A stretch of DNA of 63,258 bases, filler included, from Licmophora abbreviata (lineage: Eukaryota): NCBI GenBank assembly GCA_900291995.1. It is 5 parts of 5 records of this genome, joined end to end, with 100 filler letters (N's around TTAATTAATTAA, not from the genome) between each part and the next. Parts side by side here need not be neighbours in the genome. Positions count along the whole stretch, not along the records: positions 58,412 to 63,258 come from OLMU01000430.1; 4 more parts are not named here. One strand, given 5' to 3'. Made by a program: the position numbers and the translations under genes. Below, piece by piece: positions 62,002 through 63,258 of the stretch. Numbering within the stretch: position 1 is the stretch's first letter; each line of letters opens with the position of its first letter. The notes beneath the pieces are model-generated. The model worked only from the letters and a program-made list of their open reading frames with translations, was not told the DNA's origin and searched no databases.

Positions 62002-63258
62002 CTACTTGCCCCTTTCCTCTTCCTCGAGTTCCCTTAGTAACTCCTCACGGCTCCTTATCCGCATATGCGGAGCGAATGTGGCCACAAGACCATCGTCACC
62101 GCCACCGAGAAGCACGGCAATACCATGTTCCGAATGCTTGCATCTATGATCCGTGATTCTGTCTTGAGGATAATTGTAGGTTCTGATTCGCTCGCTCCTA
62201 TCGCCGCCACCCATTAGACTGCTCTTTTCTTGCCCTCGCTGTCTCGACTCTTCTTCGCGAGCACGGTCACGTACCCGAGCAGTCACTAGTTTTAATGCCT
62301 TGGCCTTATTCTTGTGCTGACTGCGCTCATCTTGAATGGACGCCGTGATACCGGTCGGAATATGAGTAATACGCACGGCGCTCTCGGTCGTATTCACATG
62401 CTGCCCTCCGGCCCCACTGGCACGAAAACGTTCGATCTTGAGTTCGGACAAGGGCAAAAGCGCTGAGGGGTCGGAGTTGTCGTCTGAGGGCGACGGCAGT
62501 ACAGCCACAGAGCAGGCACTCGTGTGGATACGCACATCGTTGACCGGAATTCGTTGTACACGGTGTACACCGCTCTCAAATTTGAACAGTCCATAAGGTC
62601 CGAGGCTTGCGAGCAAATCTTCCTCCTCGTCCCCGTTGTCATCGGCGCCTCCATAGTGGGATCCGAAGGACCCCCCAGTGCTTGATATCGATACTGCAGA
62701 TTCCTTAATGCCCCCCAGATCAGTCTTACTTTCACTCAACTTTTCAAACTTCCAGCCCTTTGCCTTGGCCGTCTTTTCAAAGGCATCCAGGAGATCGTTG
62801 GCAAAGAGTGATGCTTCATCGCCACCCGTCCCAGCTCGAATCTCCAGTACAGCGTCACTTCCATGGTCGTCCGGGTCGACTGGAAGAACAGCGTGTATCA
62901 TGCGCTGTTCCAGTTTGCGTTGCACTTTGTCTAGCCGCTGCAACTCTATTGCGCACTCCTCTTCCATCTCCGCATCTTGCACCGACACCGCATCCTTCAA
63001 CATGTCTTGGTACGATATGATCTCTTCGTCGAGATTCGTATACTTTTCTTGCAACGACACGACTGGAGACAGGGACGACAGCTCTTTTCCGAGCGACGAG
63101 ATATCTCCTGCTGAATCGTTCAGCTGTTGCATCACGTACTCGTGTCGGTCCATGATGGTCTGAACGCGCCGATGCACGGCGTCGGAGACGACGAATCGTC
63201 GTTGCTGCCGAAAATCCAAGAGTATTGATCTTTCCAGCACTATGCTTGGAACTGATCC
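62002..63258 (-). CDS. prfA: Organellar (bacterial-type) peptide chain release factor 1, 5'-partial
   Basis: LEIRAGTGGDEASLFA, KFESGVHRVQR, RIHTS, RASGAGGQHVNTTESAVRITHIPTG, DRSERIRTYNYPQDRITDHR. The frame is open to the window end. Confidence 0.92.
   Translation of the reverse strand, partial: GSVPSIVLERSILLDFRQQRRFVVSDAVHRRVQTIMDRHEYVMQQLNDSAGDISSLGKELSSLSPVVSLQEKYTNLDEEIISYQDMLKDAVSVQDAEMEEECAIELQRLDKVQRKLEQRMIHAVLPVDPDDHGSDAVLEIRAGTGGDEASLFANDLLDAFEKTAKAKGWKFEKLSESKTDLGGIKESAVSISSTGGSFGSHYGGADDNGDEEEDLLASLGPYGLFKFESGVHRVQRIPVNDVRIHTSACSVAVLPSPSDDNSDPSALLPLSELKIERFRASGAGGQHVNTTESAVRITHIPTGITASIQDERSQHKNKAKALKLVTARVRDRAREEESRQRGQEKSSLMGGGDRSERIRTYNYPQDRITDHRCKHSEHGIAVLLGGGDDGLVATFAPHMRIRSREELLRELEEEERGK

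Overview
Gene-dense eukaryotic nuclear DNA with short GT-AG introns, very probably from a diatom (it carries a silicanin-type biosilica membrane protein and a KRE6-type GH16 glucan transglycosylase). Four scaffold gaps are filled with an artificial N50-TTAATTAATTAA-N50-type linker. About 27 protein genes can be supported: SPCS1, delta-COP, WDHD1/Ctf4, a SHAQKYF MYB factor, PIP5K, a B3GNTL1/QTGAL-like glycosyltransferase, xanthine dehydrogenase, a degenerate membrane-anchored Hsp70-like protein, a pyridoxamine-oxidase-like protein, CCZ1-like, TRM6, glutaminyl cyclase, KRE6/TGS, silicanin, VDAC, a methyltransferase, mitochondrial aspartate aminotransferase, an ADCK2-like kinase, DHX15, a TPR protein, organellar RF1 and several unknowns. 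No tRNA, rRNA, CRISPR array or intact transposon was recognised. Most notable: a single in-frame TGA in an otherwise intact xanthine dehydrogenase (selenocysteine/readthrough, nonsense allele or base error); a frameshifted kinase pseudogene hidden from the ORF track and flanked by diverged direct repeats; a QTGAL homologue; a QC-KRE6-silicanin neighbourhood; and five single-base frameshifts in four conserved genes, which show this consensus is error-prone or decaying and temper the TGA claim. All family calls come from motif recognition by eye, not from database searches.
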